Below are positions 54,689 to 63,504 of a DNA stretch of 64,000 nucleotides, piece after piece (the first letter of the stretch is position 1; each line of letters starts with the position of its first letter). The translations under genes were made by a program, and so were the position numbers. The DNA comes from a phage: assembly GCA_025830695.1 (NCBI GenBank), contig GCA_025830695.1_4111.2; one strand, given 5' to 3'. A model generated the notes under the pieces. The model was not told where the DNA came from, ran no database searches, and saw only the letters and a list, made by a program, of their open reading frames with translations.

Positions 54689-54886
54689 ATGCGTATTTTA
54701 ACTAAAGAACAGCACCACGAAAGACTTATCAATAACATGGCTATGATAATGTATAAGTCCCATGACCGTGGTATTGCCTATAAGCGTGAATTAATTATGG
54801 CACTATTCATTGGAACTAACTTTCAGGAAAGGTATGTCAACGATTGGATTTGGTATTTAATTGAAGATATAACGAGTAAACTATGA
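54689..54886 (+). CDS. mini-protein, array B (65 aa), LGTNYQ family
   Basis: ATG after AAGGGAG; FIGTNFQERYV motif. Confidence 0.55.
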   Translation: MRILTKEQHHERLINNMAMIMYKSHDRGIAYKRELIMALFIGTNFQERYVNDWIWYLIEDITSKL

Positions 54887-55083
54887 AAATGCGTATTTTA
54901 AATAAAGAAGAATATCAATCACTGTTACGTAAAAACTACGTAAAGATTTACAACACAGACACACACGTAGAACGAATGGAGTTATACCTTTTGATTACAT
55001 TGGGAACAAACTATCAGGGTAGATGGGTGTGGCAATATATGGATACATTGAAAAATAAAATATTGTCCACGAGGAAACAATGA
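54883..55083 (+). CDS. mini-protein, array B, LGTNYQ family
   Basis: ATGA overlap; LGTNYQGRWV. Confidence 0.55.
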   Translation: MKMRILNKEEYQSLLRKNYVKIYNTDTHVERMELYLLITLGTNYQGRWVWQYMDTLKNKILSTRKQ

Positions 55084-55289
55084 AAACTATAACACGAACC
55101 CAATCATACGGTCTTATCTTGAAATACATGGACTTAATGGTGGATATCAGCAAAGACCTGCCTAAAACTGAAATTGAAGTTGCAAGAGCAGAGATCCGCA
55201 TGTTGGCTGTACTGAACACAAACCATCAGGAAGATTATGTTGAAGAATGGATTCGATTTTTAATAGAAGATATTAAGAGTAAAATATGA
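55080..55289 (+). CDS. mini-protein, array B
   Basis: ATGA overlap; LNTNHQEDYV. Confidence 0.55.
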   Translation: MKTITRTQSYGLILKYMDLMVDISKDLPKTEIEVARAEIRMLAVLNTNHQEDYVEEWIRFLIEDIKSKI

Positions 55290-55501
55290 TTATTATAGAA
55301 AACTCATATCAATATACTGAACGCATCGCTGCCAGACAACTTGAAATCCTCATAATATACGAAGAGACGTCTGATTTAAACTTAGCCGAGGTATTGGAAA
55401 ATGAAATACTTTTGGGTGCATTCTTGGGAACAGACTATCAGGAGTATTATGAGGAAAAGTATTTGTCATCTCTTGAGAAATACATCAGGAGCAAATTATG
55501 A
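55286..55501 (+). CDS. mini-protein, array B
   Basis: ATGA overlap; LGTDYQEYYEE. Confidence 0.55.
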   Translation: MIIIENSYQYTERIAARQLEILIIYEETSDLNLAEVLENEILLGAFLGTDYQEYYEEKYLSSLEKYIRSKL

Positions 55502-55710
55502 TTATATTAACACCTGAAGAATATAAGAAACGTTTTAATTCTGTCCAGACTGAAATATTACTTATATACCTTTCAAATGCAGACCTTAACTTATCAAGGG
55601 CAATGGAGAAGGATTTACTTATGGGTGCATTTTTGGATACAGACTTTCAGGAGTATTATGTAGGGAAATACTTAATTGAACTTCAGAACTACATTAAGAG
55701 TAAACTATGA
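55498..55710 (+). CDS. mini-protein, array B
   Basis: ATGA overlap; LDTDFQEYYV. Confidence 0.55.
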   Translation: MIILTPEEYKKRFNSVQTEILLIYLSNADLNLSRAMEKDLLMGAFLDTDFQEYYVGKYLIELQNYIKSKL

Positions 55711-55934
55711 AACATTTAAGTAATATTGAGAAGATGAGAATTATCATTGATGCATTAAACAAATACGATACCCTTTTACAAATAAAAGGTTTAACTCGAT
55801 TGGAACACAAGATAAACACCACCGATGTACGCATGTTGGCTGTACTGGGGACGAACTTCCAGGAAGAGTATGTTATTGCACACATAGTTGCACTCAAGAA
55901 TTACATTATGGACAAATGTAATGAACATCATTAA
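55707..55934 (+). CDS. mini-protein, array B
   Basis: ATGA overlap; LGTNFQEEYV. Confidence 0.55.
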   Translation: MKHLSNIEKMRIIIDALNKYDTLLQIKGLTRLEHKINTTDVRMLAVLGTNFQEEYVIAHIVALKNYIMDKCNEHH

Positions 55935-56145
55935 TAACTTTGAATACGAGGCCCGTGCTAAGAGTGCCAGAAAAAAAGAGAACACCATTTACTTCACTAT
56001 GATGTACTTACAATGGACTGAAATTGAAGAAAAGGTTGCTGAAGTATGGATGTTGGAATTCATGGGGACGCAGTATCAGAATAGGTTTGCGGGTGAGTAT
56101 ATCGATGTTCTTATGAAACAAATAGAAAGAAAGGAAAAGAACTAA
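55924..56145 (+). CDS. mini-protein, array B
   Basis: Start set at internal ATG; MGTQYQNRFA. Confidence 0.5.
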   Translation, partial: NIINNFEYEARAKSARKKENTIYFTMMYLQWTEIEEKVAEVWMLEFMGTQYQNRFAGEYIDVLMKQIERKEKN

Positions 56146-56303
56146 TGGTTTTCATTAACATATCTGACCAACTCGATACTAAACTAGAAGTCGAGCAGAG
56201 TGAGGGATGGATGCTGTACTTTCTTGGAACTTCTCATCAAAATTTTTATATCCATGAACACATAGTTGCACTCACAAATCTAATAAGGGATAAATGTAAA
56301 TGA
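56145..56303 (+). CDS. mini-protein, array B (52 aa)
   Basis: Below track cutoff; LGTSHQNFYI motif. Confidence 0.4.
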   Translation: MVFINISDQLDTKLEVEQSEGWMLYFLGTSHQNFYIHEHIVALTNLIRDKCK

Positions 56304-56557
56304 AACACTTGACGGACGATGAATATTCACTTAGAATTCGAAAGCTCACCCCAGAAGCAAGAGTAATCTACGATGACGATGCACTTTCATGGAACGAGAT
56401 GAAAGTTAAAGTTCATGAGCTATGGTTGCTGTACTTTGTGGGAACCCAATATCAAGAGAAATATTGTACCGATTATCTTGAACAACTAATGGATCTTATA
56501 CAGATAAAACTAAATGAACGAATTGTGGAAAAATATGAAAACTTTATCAAGCACTGA
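56300..56557 (+). CDS. mini-protein, array B (85 aa)
   Basis: ATGA overlap; VGTQYQEKY. Confidence 0.55.
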   Translation: MKHLTDDEYSLRIRKLTPEARVIYDDDALSWNEMKVKVHELWLLYFVGTQYQEKYCTDYLEQLMDLIQIKLNERIVEKYENFIKH

Positions 56558-56786
56558 GTATCAGACTGCCCTCTTCTCTCTTCTAAACACCCTTCGCACT
56601 AACAATAAACTTTATAATTCCCGTGAAGCTGATATCGTCAACGCTGATGTATATCTTAATAAATTCATAGGGACTAACTATCAAGAACTGTTCACTCTAC
56701 GATATATCTCTGCATTGAGAAACGAAATATCAGATAAAACCCGCCAAGCCAGAAGAGAATGGAAGAAACAATGCGACAAAGACTAA
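56535..56786 (+). CDS. mini-protein, array B
   Basis: Start uncertain (56514 or 56535); IGTNYQELF. Confidence 0.45.
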   Translation: MKTLSSTEYQTALFSLLNTLRTNNKLYNSREADIVNADVYLNKFIGTNYQELFTLRYISALRNEISDKTRQARREWKKQCDKD

Positions 56787-57019
56787 ATCACAAAATGTAT
56801 TGTAAACTATTGCAGACACTGGCACAGAAACACTATGACACGGTATCTGAAATATTACCCTATGATATCATGCGTTTACTTCACTGTGAGGCCGAGATGC
56901 TTGTACTGATGACAGGCACTGATAAAACAGCAATCGCCAGATCGATAGAGCAATATATTGATGCACACTGCCAACACATGAGAACCGAAATCTGGAGGAA
57001 AGAGAATGATAATCCTTAA
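56771..57019 (+). CDS. mini-protein, array B, divergent
   Basis: TGTDKTAIA replaces consensus. Confidence 0.45.
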   Translation: MRQRLNHKMYCKLLQTLAQKHYDTVSEILPYDIMRLLHCEAEMLVLMTGTDKTAIARSIEQYIDAHCQHMRTEIWRKENDNP

Positions 57020-57221
57020 TGAGTATCAGTATCATTGGAGGTTACAAACTATCAAATCAAAAGTGTATAGTATTGTGTTAAACAAATCTATTGCACAAGA
57101 GGACAAATGTGTTATAATAGCTGAAATGAAGTTGGGTGTATTCGTAGGGACAAACTATCAAAACATCTACACTGACGTATTATTAAGTTCCTTACGTAAC
57201 AAGGTGGTATCCAAAATATGA
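57006..57221 (+). CDS. mini-protein, array B
   Basis: VGTNYQNIY. Confidence 0.55.
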   Translation: MIILNEYQYHWRLQTIKSKVYSIVLNKSIAQEDKCVIIAEMKLGVFVGTNYQNIYTDVLLSSLRNKVVSKI

Positions 57222-57436
57222 GAAATTTACAAGGCTTTGAATACATCAGACTCCTGAAAACATGTGGAAGCAGAAGGAGAATGATATCAAGCGATAAGAG
57301 CATCCAAGCTAACCTTAAGCACGCACTAGTAACTGAACTCTATGTAGGTGCACTCTTAGGCACAAACTATCAACAAATGTATGTAGATCTATGGATTGAC
57401 GCTCTACAGAAAGAGGTTAAAAGTAAATGCAAATGA
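57218..57436 (+). CDS. mini-protein, array B
   Basis: ATGA overlap; LGTNYQQMYV. Confidence 0.55.
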   Translation: MRNLQGFEYIRLLKTCGSRRRMISSDKSIQANLKHALVTELYVGALLGTNYQQMYVDLWIDALQKEVKSKCK

Positions 57437-57645
57437 TTAATTTAAGTAAAGACGAATTTTATGTTCTACTGGCGAAAACTTATCCAGCACGGAAGGCCGT
57501 TTATGATAGTCACATTATTGAACCCTCAAAGAAGTTGATTTTAGTAAATGAGATTAAGATGCTTTCAGTCTTAGGAACAAACTATCAAGAGAATGCTGTA
57601 CTGATGTTAATTGATGCCCTCCAGAGAGAGATACAAAGTAAATGA
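57427..57645 (+). CDS. mini-protein, array B
   Basis: LGTNYQENAV. Confidence 0.55.
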   Translation: MQMINLSKDEFYVLLAKTYPARKAVYDSHIIEPSKKLILVNEIKMLSVLGTNYQENAVLMLIDALQREIQSK

Positions 57646-57866
57646 TTAATTTAACTTACCATGAATATCAAAAACGTTTAAATGCATCCAGAGATATAAG
57701 GATTCAAATATTCAATAACAAAAGATTGAAGCCTGATATCAGAAAAATCAAAATTATAGAAGCAGAGTTATGCAACTTTCTAGGGACCAACTATCAGGCA
57801 GGTAAGGTAAAAAACTATCTTAGAGAACTAATGAATAGTATTGAAAATAAATGTAAGGGTAATTAA
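57642..57866 (+). CDS. mini-protein, array B
   Basis: ATGA overlap; LGTNYQAGKV. Confidence 0.55.
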   Translation: MINLTYHEYQKRLNASRDIRIQIFNNKRLKPDIRKIKIIEAELCNFLGTNYQAGKVKNYLRELMNSIENKCKGN

Positions 57867-57867
57867 C

Positions 57868-58107
57868 ATGAAAATGATTAAATTATCTCAAGCAAAATAT
57901 AAAGAACGCCTGGTAAAAATTGCACCTGGACTTAATGAAATCCATCACGGAGAAGTCATTAAACACGGAAATAAGATGATTATGAAACTTGAGTTAAAGG
58001 TGGGTGCATTCATAGGAACAAACTATCAGGAGTATTATGTAGATGAATACATAATCGCACTTAAGAGATATATTGGAAGAAAACTATATCTACAAACTAA
58101 AGAATAG
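57868..58107 (+). CDS. mini-protein, array B
   Basis: Start set at internal ATG; IGTNYQEYYV. Confidence 0.5.
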   Translation: MKMIKLSQAKYKERLVKIAPGLNEIHHGEVIKHGNKMIMKLELKVGAFIGTNYQEYYVDEYIIALKRYIGRKLYLQTKE

Positions 58108-58136
58108 TATTGAAAATAAATGTGAGGTTGATGAAC

Positions 58137-58400
58137 ATGCAAATGATCAATTTAAGTAAAGATGAATATACCGAGCGTATGACAAAAATTACGCACAAAC
58201 GTAATACAATCTATCACAACCCAGAAATTCAACACAGTAAGAAAATGATTATGATGCGTGAGTTAAAGATGGGTGTATTCTTAGGAACAAACTATCAAGA
58301 TACAGAAGTAAATCGCTTAATCGCGGAGTTACTACTGGAAATCAGAGGTAAGCTGTACTTTTATCAAATGACCCAACCACTGAGGTGTACTAAGAAATGA
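58137..58400 (+). CDS. mini-protein, array B
   Basis: Start set at internal ATG; LGTNYQDTEV. Confidence 0.5.
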   Translation: MQMINLSKDEYTERMTKITHKRNTIYHNPEIQHSKKMIMMRELKMGVFLGTNYQDTEVNRLIAELLLEIRGKLYFYQMTQPLRCTKK

Positions 58401-58612
58401 ACAACATCACATTGCAAGAAAGATTCATCCGAATCAACTATGCAATTACCAAATTAGATGCTACTATAGGATTCCAAAGTCTACCATACAAAACCAGATT
58501 GTTATTAGAGTGTGAAGCTAAGTTGGGTGTACTGTTAGGGACGCAACACCAACAACGATATGTGGAAATCTGGATTGACCTTTTAACCCAAAATATATAT
58601 GAGAGAATGTAA
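58397..58612 (+). CDS. mini-protein, array B
   Basis: ATGA overlap; LGTQHQQRYV. Confidence 0.55.
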   Translation: MNNITLQERFIRINYAITKLDATIGFQSLPYKTRLLLECEAKLGVLLGTQHQQRYVEIWIDLLTQNIYERM

Positions 58613-58843
58613 ATGCAAAATGAAATGATATACTTAACGAATGAAGAATTTCAAGAGAAGATGTTAAAAACCAAAAACATTACTCTTAAGTTCGTTCCAA
58701 ATCAATCAATATCTGAAGTATCTGCAAATGTATTGTTTCAGAAGCTACCATACGTTCTTGGAACTGATAAACAAGAATTTATGGTTCAAAATATGATTGA
58801 ACATCTTATAATGAGTATTAAGGAAAAAGTAAATGCAAAATGA
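58613..58843 (+). CDS. mini-protein, array B, subtype MQNEMIYLT
   Basis: LGTDKQEFMV; paralog of 58833. Confidence 0.55.
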   Translation: MQNEMIYLTNEEFQEKMLKTKNITLKFVPNQSISEVSANVLFQKLPYVLGTDKQEFMVQNMIEHLIMSIKEKVNAK

Positions 58844-59087
58844 AATGATATACTTAACCTATAATGAATACGTCGAGAGATTAGTTCGTGCCAAGAGATA
58901 TACCAATAAACGTCCAATTGACCTAAACCAAACCCCAGCAGAAAGGAGTGCAGAAGTATTATTCCAATCACTACCATATCTTCTGGGAACTGATAGACAA
59001 GAGGAATATGTTGCACGTATGATTAGATATCTTAAAATCACTATTAAGGAAAAAGTAAATGAAAATGAAATACTTAACAGACGATGA
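58833..59087 (+). CDS. mini-protein, array B, subtype MQNEMIYLT
   Basis: LGTDRQEEYV; shared SPAERSAEVL segment. Confidence 0.55.
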   Translation: MQNEMIYLTYNEYVERLVRAKRYTNKRPIDLNQTPAERSAEVLFQSLPYLLGTDRQEEYVARMIRYLKITIKEKVNENEILNRR

Positions 59088-59310
59088 GTTAAAAGAACGA
59101 CTAATTAAATCAAGAAAACATACAAATCAACTTCCAAACGACACAAACAAGTCTCCAGCGGAAAGGAGTGCAGAAGTTTTATACATTCAACTCATGTACT
59201 TTCTTGGCACTGACAGACAAGAGTATTACATTGAAAGTATGCTTCGATATCTTAAATTCTCTATAAAGGAAAAGATACATGATCAAGTATTTAAAAATCC
59301 TAACAGCTAA
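59059..59310 (+). CDS. mini-protein, array B
   Basis: LGTDRQEYYI; shares SPAERSAEVLY with 58833. Confidence 0.5.
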   Translation: MKMKYLTDDELKERLIKSRKHTNQLPNDTNKSPAERSAEVLYIQLMYFLGTDRQEYYIESMLRYLKFSIKEKIHDQVFKNPNS

Positions 59311-59521
59311 TGAATATCATAAGATTGTAATGAAGACTAATAGTGCTTACGCTAAAAAATCAAACCCCAAGTACATACTGGAACACACATTCGAAGAACG
59401 ACAACTAGCTTTAGTTGAAGCAAAACTTCTTGCACTCTTAGGAACAAACTATCAAGAAGAATACATCAGAAAACTAATATACCTTTTAACTAAACATATA
59501 AGAAAAAGAAAAAATGCATGA
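59279..59521 (+). CDS. mini-protein, array B
   Basis: LGTNYQEEYI. Confidence 0.55.
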   Translation: MIKYLKILTANEYHKIVMKTNSAYAKKSNPKYILEHTFEERQLALVEAKLLALLGTNYQEEYIRKLIYLLTKHIRKRKNA

Positions 59522-59748
59522 AACACTTGACAGATGATGAACATGGGCTTATAGTAATGGATGTAATCAACATCGAATACAAAAAGTTGATACGCTATCG
59601 TTGTTATGAAGATAAGCAACTCGTTCTAGCAGAACAGAAGTTGTTTCGACTCTTAAACACAAACTACCAAGCACAATACGAAGAATCGTATATGTACCTT
59701 TTGGCGAGGAAAGCAAAAAGAGATTATGAAAATTTTAAGCAAAGGTGA
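59518..59748 (+). CDS. mini-protein, array B
   Basis: ATGA overlap; LNTNYQAQYE. Confidence 0.55.
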   Translation: MKHLTDDEHGLIVMDVINIEYKKLIRYRCYEDKQLVLAEQKLFRLLNTNYQAQYEESYMYLLARKAKRDYENFKQR

Positions 59749-59947
59749 TTCAGTAATATTACTTATAGAGAGTTCAAGTAAATTCTTAAACATAACACTG
59801 TCTGATATAGATGAAGATGACAAAGAAGTACTGAGAGCAGATTTAAGAGTACTGTTACATATCGGAACAAACCTACAAGAAGAATATGTAGAGTGCTACA
59901 TCAATGAACTTAAAGAATCAGTACTGAGAAAATGCAAATGCAAATGA
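59726..59947 (+). CDS. mini-protein, array B
   Basis: IGTNLQEEYV. Confidence 0.5.
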   Translation: MKILSKGDSVILLIESSSKFLNITLSDIDEDDKEVLRADLRVLLHIGTNLQEEYVECYINELKESVLRKCKCK

Positions 59948-60165
59948 AAATCATTACCGATGTAGAATACCTAACAATCATAAATGGACTGTTTTTGAAG
60001 CTCTTCGTCATTAACACATCAGATATACCAGATATGGATAAAATTATTAAGAGAAATGAAGTCTATGTTCTAGCTACCCTTGGAACGAACTATCAAGAAC
60101 ACGACATTAAAGATTATATTAATACACTTAAACGAGCTATTGAACTAAAATGCCAAAACCACTAG
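59932..60165 (+). CDS. mini-protein, array B
   Basis: LGTNYQEHDI. Confidence 0.5.
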   Translation: MQMQMKIITDVEYLTIINGLFLKLFVINTSDIPDMDKIIKRNEVYVLATLGTNYQEHDIKDYINTLKRAIELKCQNH

Positions 60166-60365
60166 GAACAGCAGAATACATTGAACTCATGGGATTACAC
60201 TTCTCATCCTTTCAGAAACTTATGCGAGAATCAAAGAATGATTTAGAATATACCATCAGAGGTTCCGATTTAAGAATGCTTCTCACCCTAGACACAGATT
60301 CCCAAGAGCGATTTGTCAATGAGCATATTAGAGCACTTTTAATGGAAATTAAAAGTAAACTATGA
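60150..60365 (+). CDS. mini-protein, array B
   Basis: LDTDSQERFV. Confidence 0.55.
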   Translation: MPKPLGTAEYIELMGLHFSSFQKLMRESKNDLEYTIRGSDLRMLLTLDTDSQERFVNEHIRALLMEIKSKL

Positions 60366-60577
60366 AGATAATATCAAACCAAGAGTACTTGGCACTATTC
60401 AGGAAGAATAATCACAAATATATGGCACTTGATTCAAGAACTGATATAAGTGAACTTGAAAAAAATCTTTTGCGTTCAGATATGATAGTACTGACACTCT
60501 TAGGAACACAGCATCAAGAGAGAACTGTTAATTCACACATAGGTATTCTTATACAGATTGTACAGGAAAAGATATGA
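60362..60577 (+). CDS. mini-protein, array B
   Basis: ATGA overlap; LGTQHQERTV. Confidence 0.55.
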   Translation: MKIISNQEYLALFRKNNHKYMALDSRTDISELEKNLLRSDMIVLTLLGTQHQERTVNSHIGILIQIVQEKI

Positions 60578-60795
60578 GAATCATAACACAACAAGATATT
60601 CTTAAGTTCACAAGGGTTCATGCATCTGAATTTGATGCTATATTATCAAAAAGTTACAATGACCCTTATACACAAGATGTACATTACAGTGAATTATGGA
60701 TGTATATACTTTTAGGTACAAATAAGCAAGAGCAAGCCGTACAGAAGTATTTGACAGCTTTACGTGATGCTACTGCTAATGGAGTATGTGTTTAA
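60574..60795 (+). CDS. mini-protein, array B
   Basis: ATGA overlap; LGTNKQEQAV. Confidence 0.55.
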   Translation: MRIITQQDILKFTRVHASEFDAILSKSYNDPYTQDVHYSELWMYILLGTNKQEQAVQKYLTALRDATANGVCV

Positions 60796-60796
60796 T

Positions 60797-61039
60797 ATGA
60801 AAGTACTGACAGAACTAGAAATGTATCATAGATTTAATAAGTACTATCATTTACTTAAGCCTATACAGAGGATTAAATGTCCATTTGAAGAGAAACAGGT
60901 TTTAATCTATGAGCACAAGTTCTTTGTATCATTAGGTACAGATCAACAAGAGTACTATTTGACGTTGTACTTGATTACATTAATAGATTTAATTCACTAT
61001 AAAACCAAACAAGCTAATAAAGAGAAATATGAAAACTAA
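60797..61039 (+). CDS. mini-protein, array B
   Basis: Start set at internal ATG; LGTDQQEYYL. Confidence 0.5.
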   Translation: MKVLTELEMYHRFNKYYHLLKPIQRIKCPFEEKQVLIYEHKFFVSLGTDQQEYYLTLYLITLIDLIHYKTKQANKEKYEN

Positions 61040-61373
61040 TATACAACTCAAGGTATATAAATCATTTGAACATACATATATCAAAAGTAGTCTATGTAGA
61101 GATGTAATGGATTACAAGGGTAAACCATTCACAATTACCTATGATTCTTATGTTAGTGATTTATATATATCATTTGTTAATTACGAAAATAAAATATACA
61201 AGCACGTTGATATTAAAGATTTAAGTACTTTATCACCAGAGGAATACTTTCAGGAATCATTAGTATGGGATTTAGAGTTTCCTATGCCATTAGTACATAA
61301 GATGATAGTACTAATGAAAGAATCTAAACAGGAGCCTAATGGTGATTATGAAGAACACATCGTTGAGTATTAA
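61029..61373 (+). CDS. hypothetical protein (114 aa), EEYFQESLV family
   Basis: LSPEEYFQESLVWDL; paralog of 4036, 61339, 62045. Confidence 0.55.
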   Translation: MKTNIQLKVYKSFEHTYIKSSLCRDVMDYKGKPFTITYDSYVSDLYISFVNYENKIYKHVDIKDLSTLSPEEYFQESLVWDLEFPMPLVHKMIVLMKESKQEPNGDYEEHIVEY

Positions 61374-61743
61374 GAGTACTGATAATATTAAGAGTTATAC
61401 AAGCTCAAGTACTGTGACAATCGAAGTAAATTCTATTAATGCTGGTAATGCATTAGATAAGTTCTTTATTGCTCAAGGGTACAGGAAAGATATTCATCAA
61501 TATTGTTCAGTATATGGGGAGTACAATAGTACTGAAGATATAATTTATTGGTCAACACATCAAGATTATATAACTAAAATTGGCGTTCCAGATGTTAGTA
61601 CTTTATCTGAAGAAGAATACTTTCAGTACAGCTTAGTACATGATTTACCTATACCTTTAGGGTTAATTAAGGGTATGCAGGAAGAGGTTCATAAGCTTAA
61701 ATCCATGAGTAAAGGTACTTTCATTAGAACAGTGCAATACTAG
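61339..61743 (+). CDS. hypothetical protein (134 aa), EEYFQYSLV family
   Basis: LSEEEYFQYSLVHDLPIPLG. Confidence 0.55.
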   Translation: MVIMKNTSLSIKSTDNIKSYTSSSTVTIEVNSINAGNALDKFFIAQGYRKDIHQYCSVYGEYNSTEDIIYWSTHQDYITKIGVPDVSTLSEEEYFQYSLVHDLPIPLGLIKGMQEEVHKLKSMSKGTFIRTVQY

Positions 61744-61802
61744 CTTGACAGTACTTTTCATTACTGATATAGTACACTAACGTTAATCATAGGGTAAAAA
61801 TT

Positions 61803-62048
61803 ATGTTAAATTTTTTAAATTTCCTTATCGTCTTGTGTATTGTTCTTGGGATTGCACCATTTGTATTGTATTTCATGGATTCAGATGAAATGCAGAAGAT
61901 GAATTGCACAAGGACAGGACAGAGTAGAGTAGAGACGATTCTTATGCCTGTTACGGTTATTGTTAACAACATGCCCATTACAAACATGGTCCCTACCCTA
62001 ACGACAACGTACCAGTACTCTTGTGCTGACGGAGAGAGGTGGAGATGA
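61803..62048 (+). CDS. small membrane protein (81 aa)
   Basis: N-terminal hydrophobic helix. Confidence 0.5.
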   Translation: MLNFLNFLIVLCIVLGIAPFVLYFMDSDEMQKMNCTRTGQSRVETILMPVTVIVNNMPITNMVPTLTTTYQYSCADGERWR

Positions 62049-62365
62049 AATTTAATATAGCAAAAACATCGAGTATATGTATTTTTGGTTATGCTGATGA
62101 GTTAGGTGATATTGACATTCTTTTGTACAAAAAGGATGGTGTTATGCATTTCAAGTACCAGGATGAAGAGGCAGACAATTATCCTTTACCTAATTTAGTA
62201 CAAATGCAGGAAGATGAATTATTCCAGTACAGCTTAGTATACGACATTGATATTTGCACGATGCCAGTACTAATTAGTATTCAAAAAGTGATGCTCGATA
62301 TGTATGATAAGCTAATACAAGGTACATCAGGGAGAATCATTGAAATCGATATACAAGACAATTAA
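62045..62365 (+). CDS. hypothetical protein (106 aa), EEYFQ-like family
   Basis: ATGA overlap; EDELFQYSLVYDID. Confidence 0.5.
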   Translation: MKFNIAKTSSICIFGYADELGDIDILLYKKDGVMHFKYQDEEADNYPLPNLVQMQEDELFQYSLVYDIDICTMPVLISIQKVMLDMYDKLIQGTSGRIIEIDIQDN

Positions 62366-62558
62366 TCAAGAATGGAAGACCCAAAAGTACAGGGAATTCA
62401 ACAGGAATTTTACAAAAGATGCATTGAATTTAAAAACAACAGAGTTTGATATGTTTATTTTTCTTGGAACACGTTCACAAGAACAATTTGTTCATTATTA
62501 TATAAATTCGTTGCGAACGGAGATAGTATGCAAAACACAGGGTATTATAAAAAGGTAA
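62340..62558 (+). CDS. mini-protein, array B-like
   Basis: FLGTRSQEQFV. Confidence 0.5.
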   Translation: MKSIYKTINQEWKTQKYREFNRNFTKDALNLKTTEFDMFIFLGTRSQEQFVHYYINSLRTEIVCKTQGIIKR

Positions 62559-62794
62559 ACCAATATTTGTACGCTACAAAGTACAGGGATTTTTGTTTAA
62601 AGGGTGGTGATGAAGATTTTTCTTTGCGATTATCAGAATTTAATCTGTTATTTTATCTTGGTACAAAAGAACAAGAAGAAATGGCACAGAAATTTATCAA
62701 GCACCTTTTACAAAAAATTAATATGCAAATTTTGATGCTTAAGTTACAGAATGAGATAAATGAATATGAATCCAGAAATAGTTCAGGATCTTAA
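62528..62794 (+). CDS. mini-protein, array B-like
   Basis: YLGTKEQEEMA. Confidence 0.5.
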   Translation: MQNTGYYKKVNQYLYATKYRDFCLKGGDEDFSLRLSEFNLLFYLGTKEQEEMAQKFIKHLLQKINMQILMLKLQNEINEYESRNSSGS

Positions 62795-63152
62795 AAAAGT
62801 AATATTTCTTTTGAATACCAGAAGTGAATTGTATACAGAGTTAAAAGAGATTAATGCATTTTATCAGAATTTTGTAATCCAAGAGATCAGTGATTTAATT
62901 ACAGATGCATTATTTGAATTATCGGAGAAATACAAAGGTTCAGAGTTCAGTGTTAAGAATGTTATTCGTCCAAGTGCAAGGAAAATTATATTATCACATT
63001 TTACATTTGACAATAAAGATTTATTCAGTCATAATCCAAGTACAGCTTTATATTTTATTCCTGATTCAGACAAAAATCATCCTATTCATTACGGATGGAT
63101 TTTGTCATATATAGTACAAGGAAAGGAGTATCCTATTAAATGGAAAGATTAG
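62760..63152 (+). CDS. hypothetical protein (130 aa)
   Basis: Complete ORF overlapping upstream gene. Confidence 0.5.
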   Translation: MNMNPEIVQDLKKVIFLLNTRSELYTELKEINAFYQNFVIQEISDLITDALFELSEKYKGSEFSVKNVIRPSARKIILSHFTFDNKDLFSHNPSTALYFIPDSDKNHPIHYGWILSYIVQGKEYPIKWKD

Positions 63153-63300
63153 GGCGATTAGATTATTACACAATTAATACAAATTATTTGTTGCGTAATA
63201 TAAAATCCGATTACAAAATATGGATAAAGAACAGAGATAGCATGTGTTATGAATTTTATTTAGATTATGCTATCAAACGATTTTTAAGAGAAGAACATTA

Positions 63301-63504
63301 ATGCAAAAGATTAATACGATAACATTAAATGCATTACAGGATTCATTATTAGATAGTATTAAGATGTATTACAATATACATTTGAAGGGTGGTATTGATA
63401 ATTACGATTATTATTTGAGTTTAATTACATTTGAGCACCTTTCAGTACAGGACAGGATTTTACATCCTACAAATCCTAGGTATCCATCGATAGGTAAATT
63501 ATGA
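63301..63504 (+). CDS. hypothetical protein (67 aa)
   Basis: Complete ORF. Confidence 0.5.
   Translation: MQKINTITLNALQDSLLDSIKMYYNIHLKGGIDNYDYYLSLITFEHLSVQDRILHPTNPRYPSIGKL

Noticed and set aside
54659-62794. Possible CRISPR array, given the regular ~210-bp periodicity
   Set aside because: The repeating units are divergent protein-coding ORFs with SD sequences and coupled stop/start codons, not identical short direct repeats with spacers.
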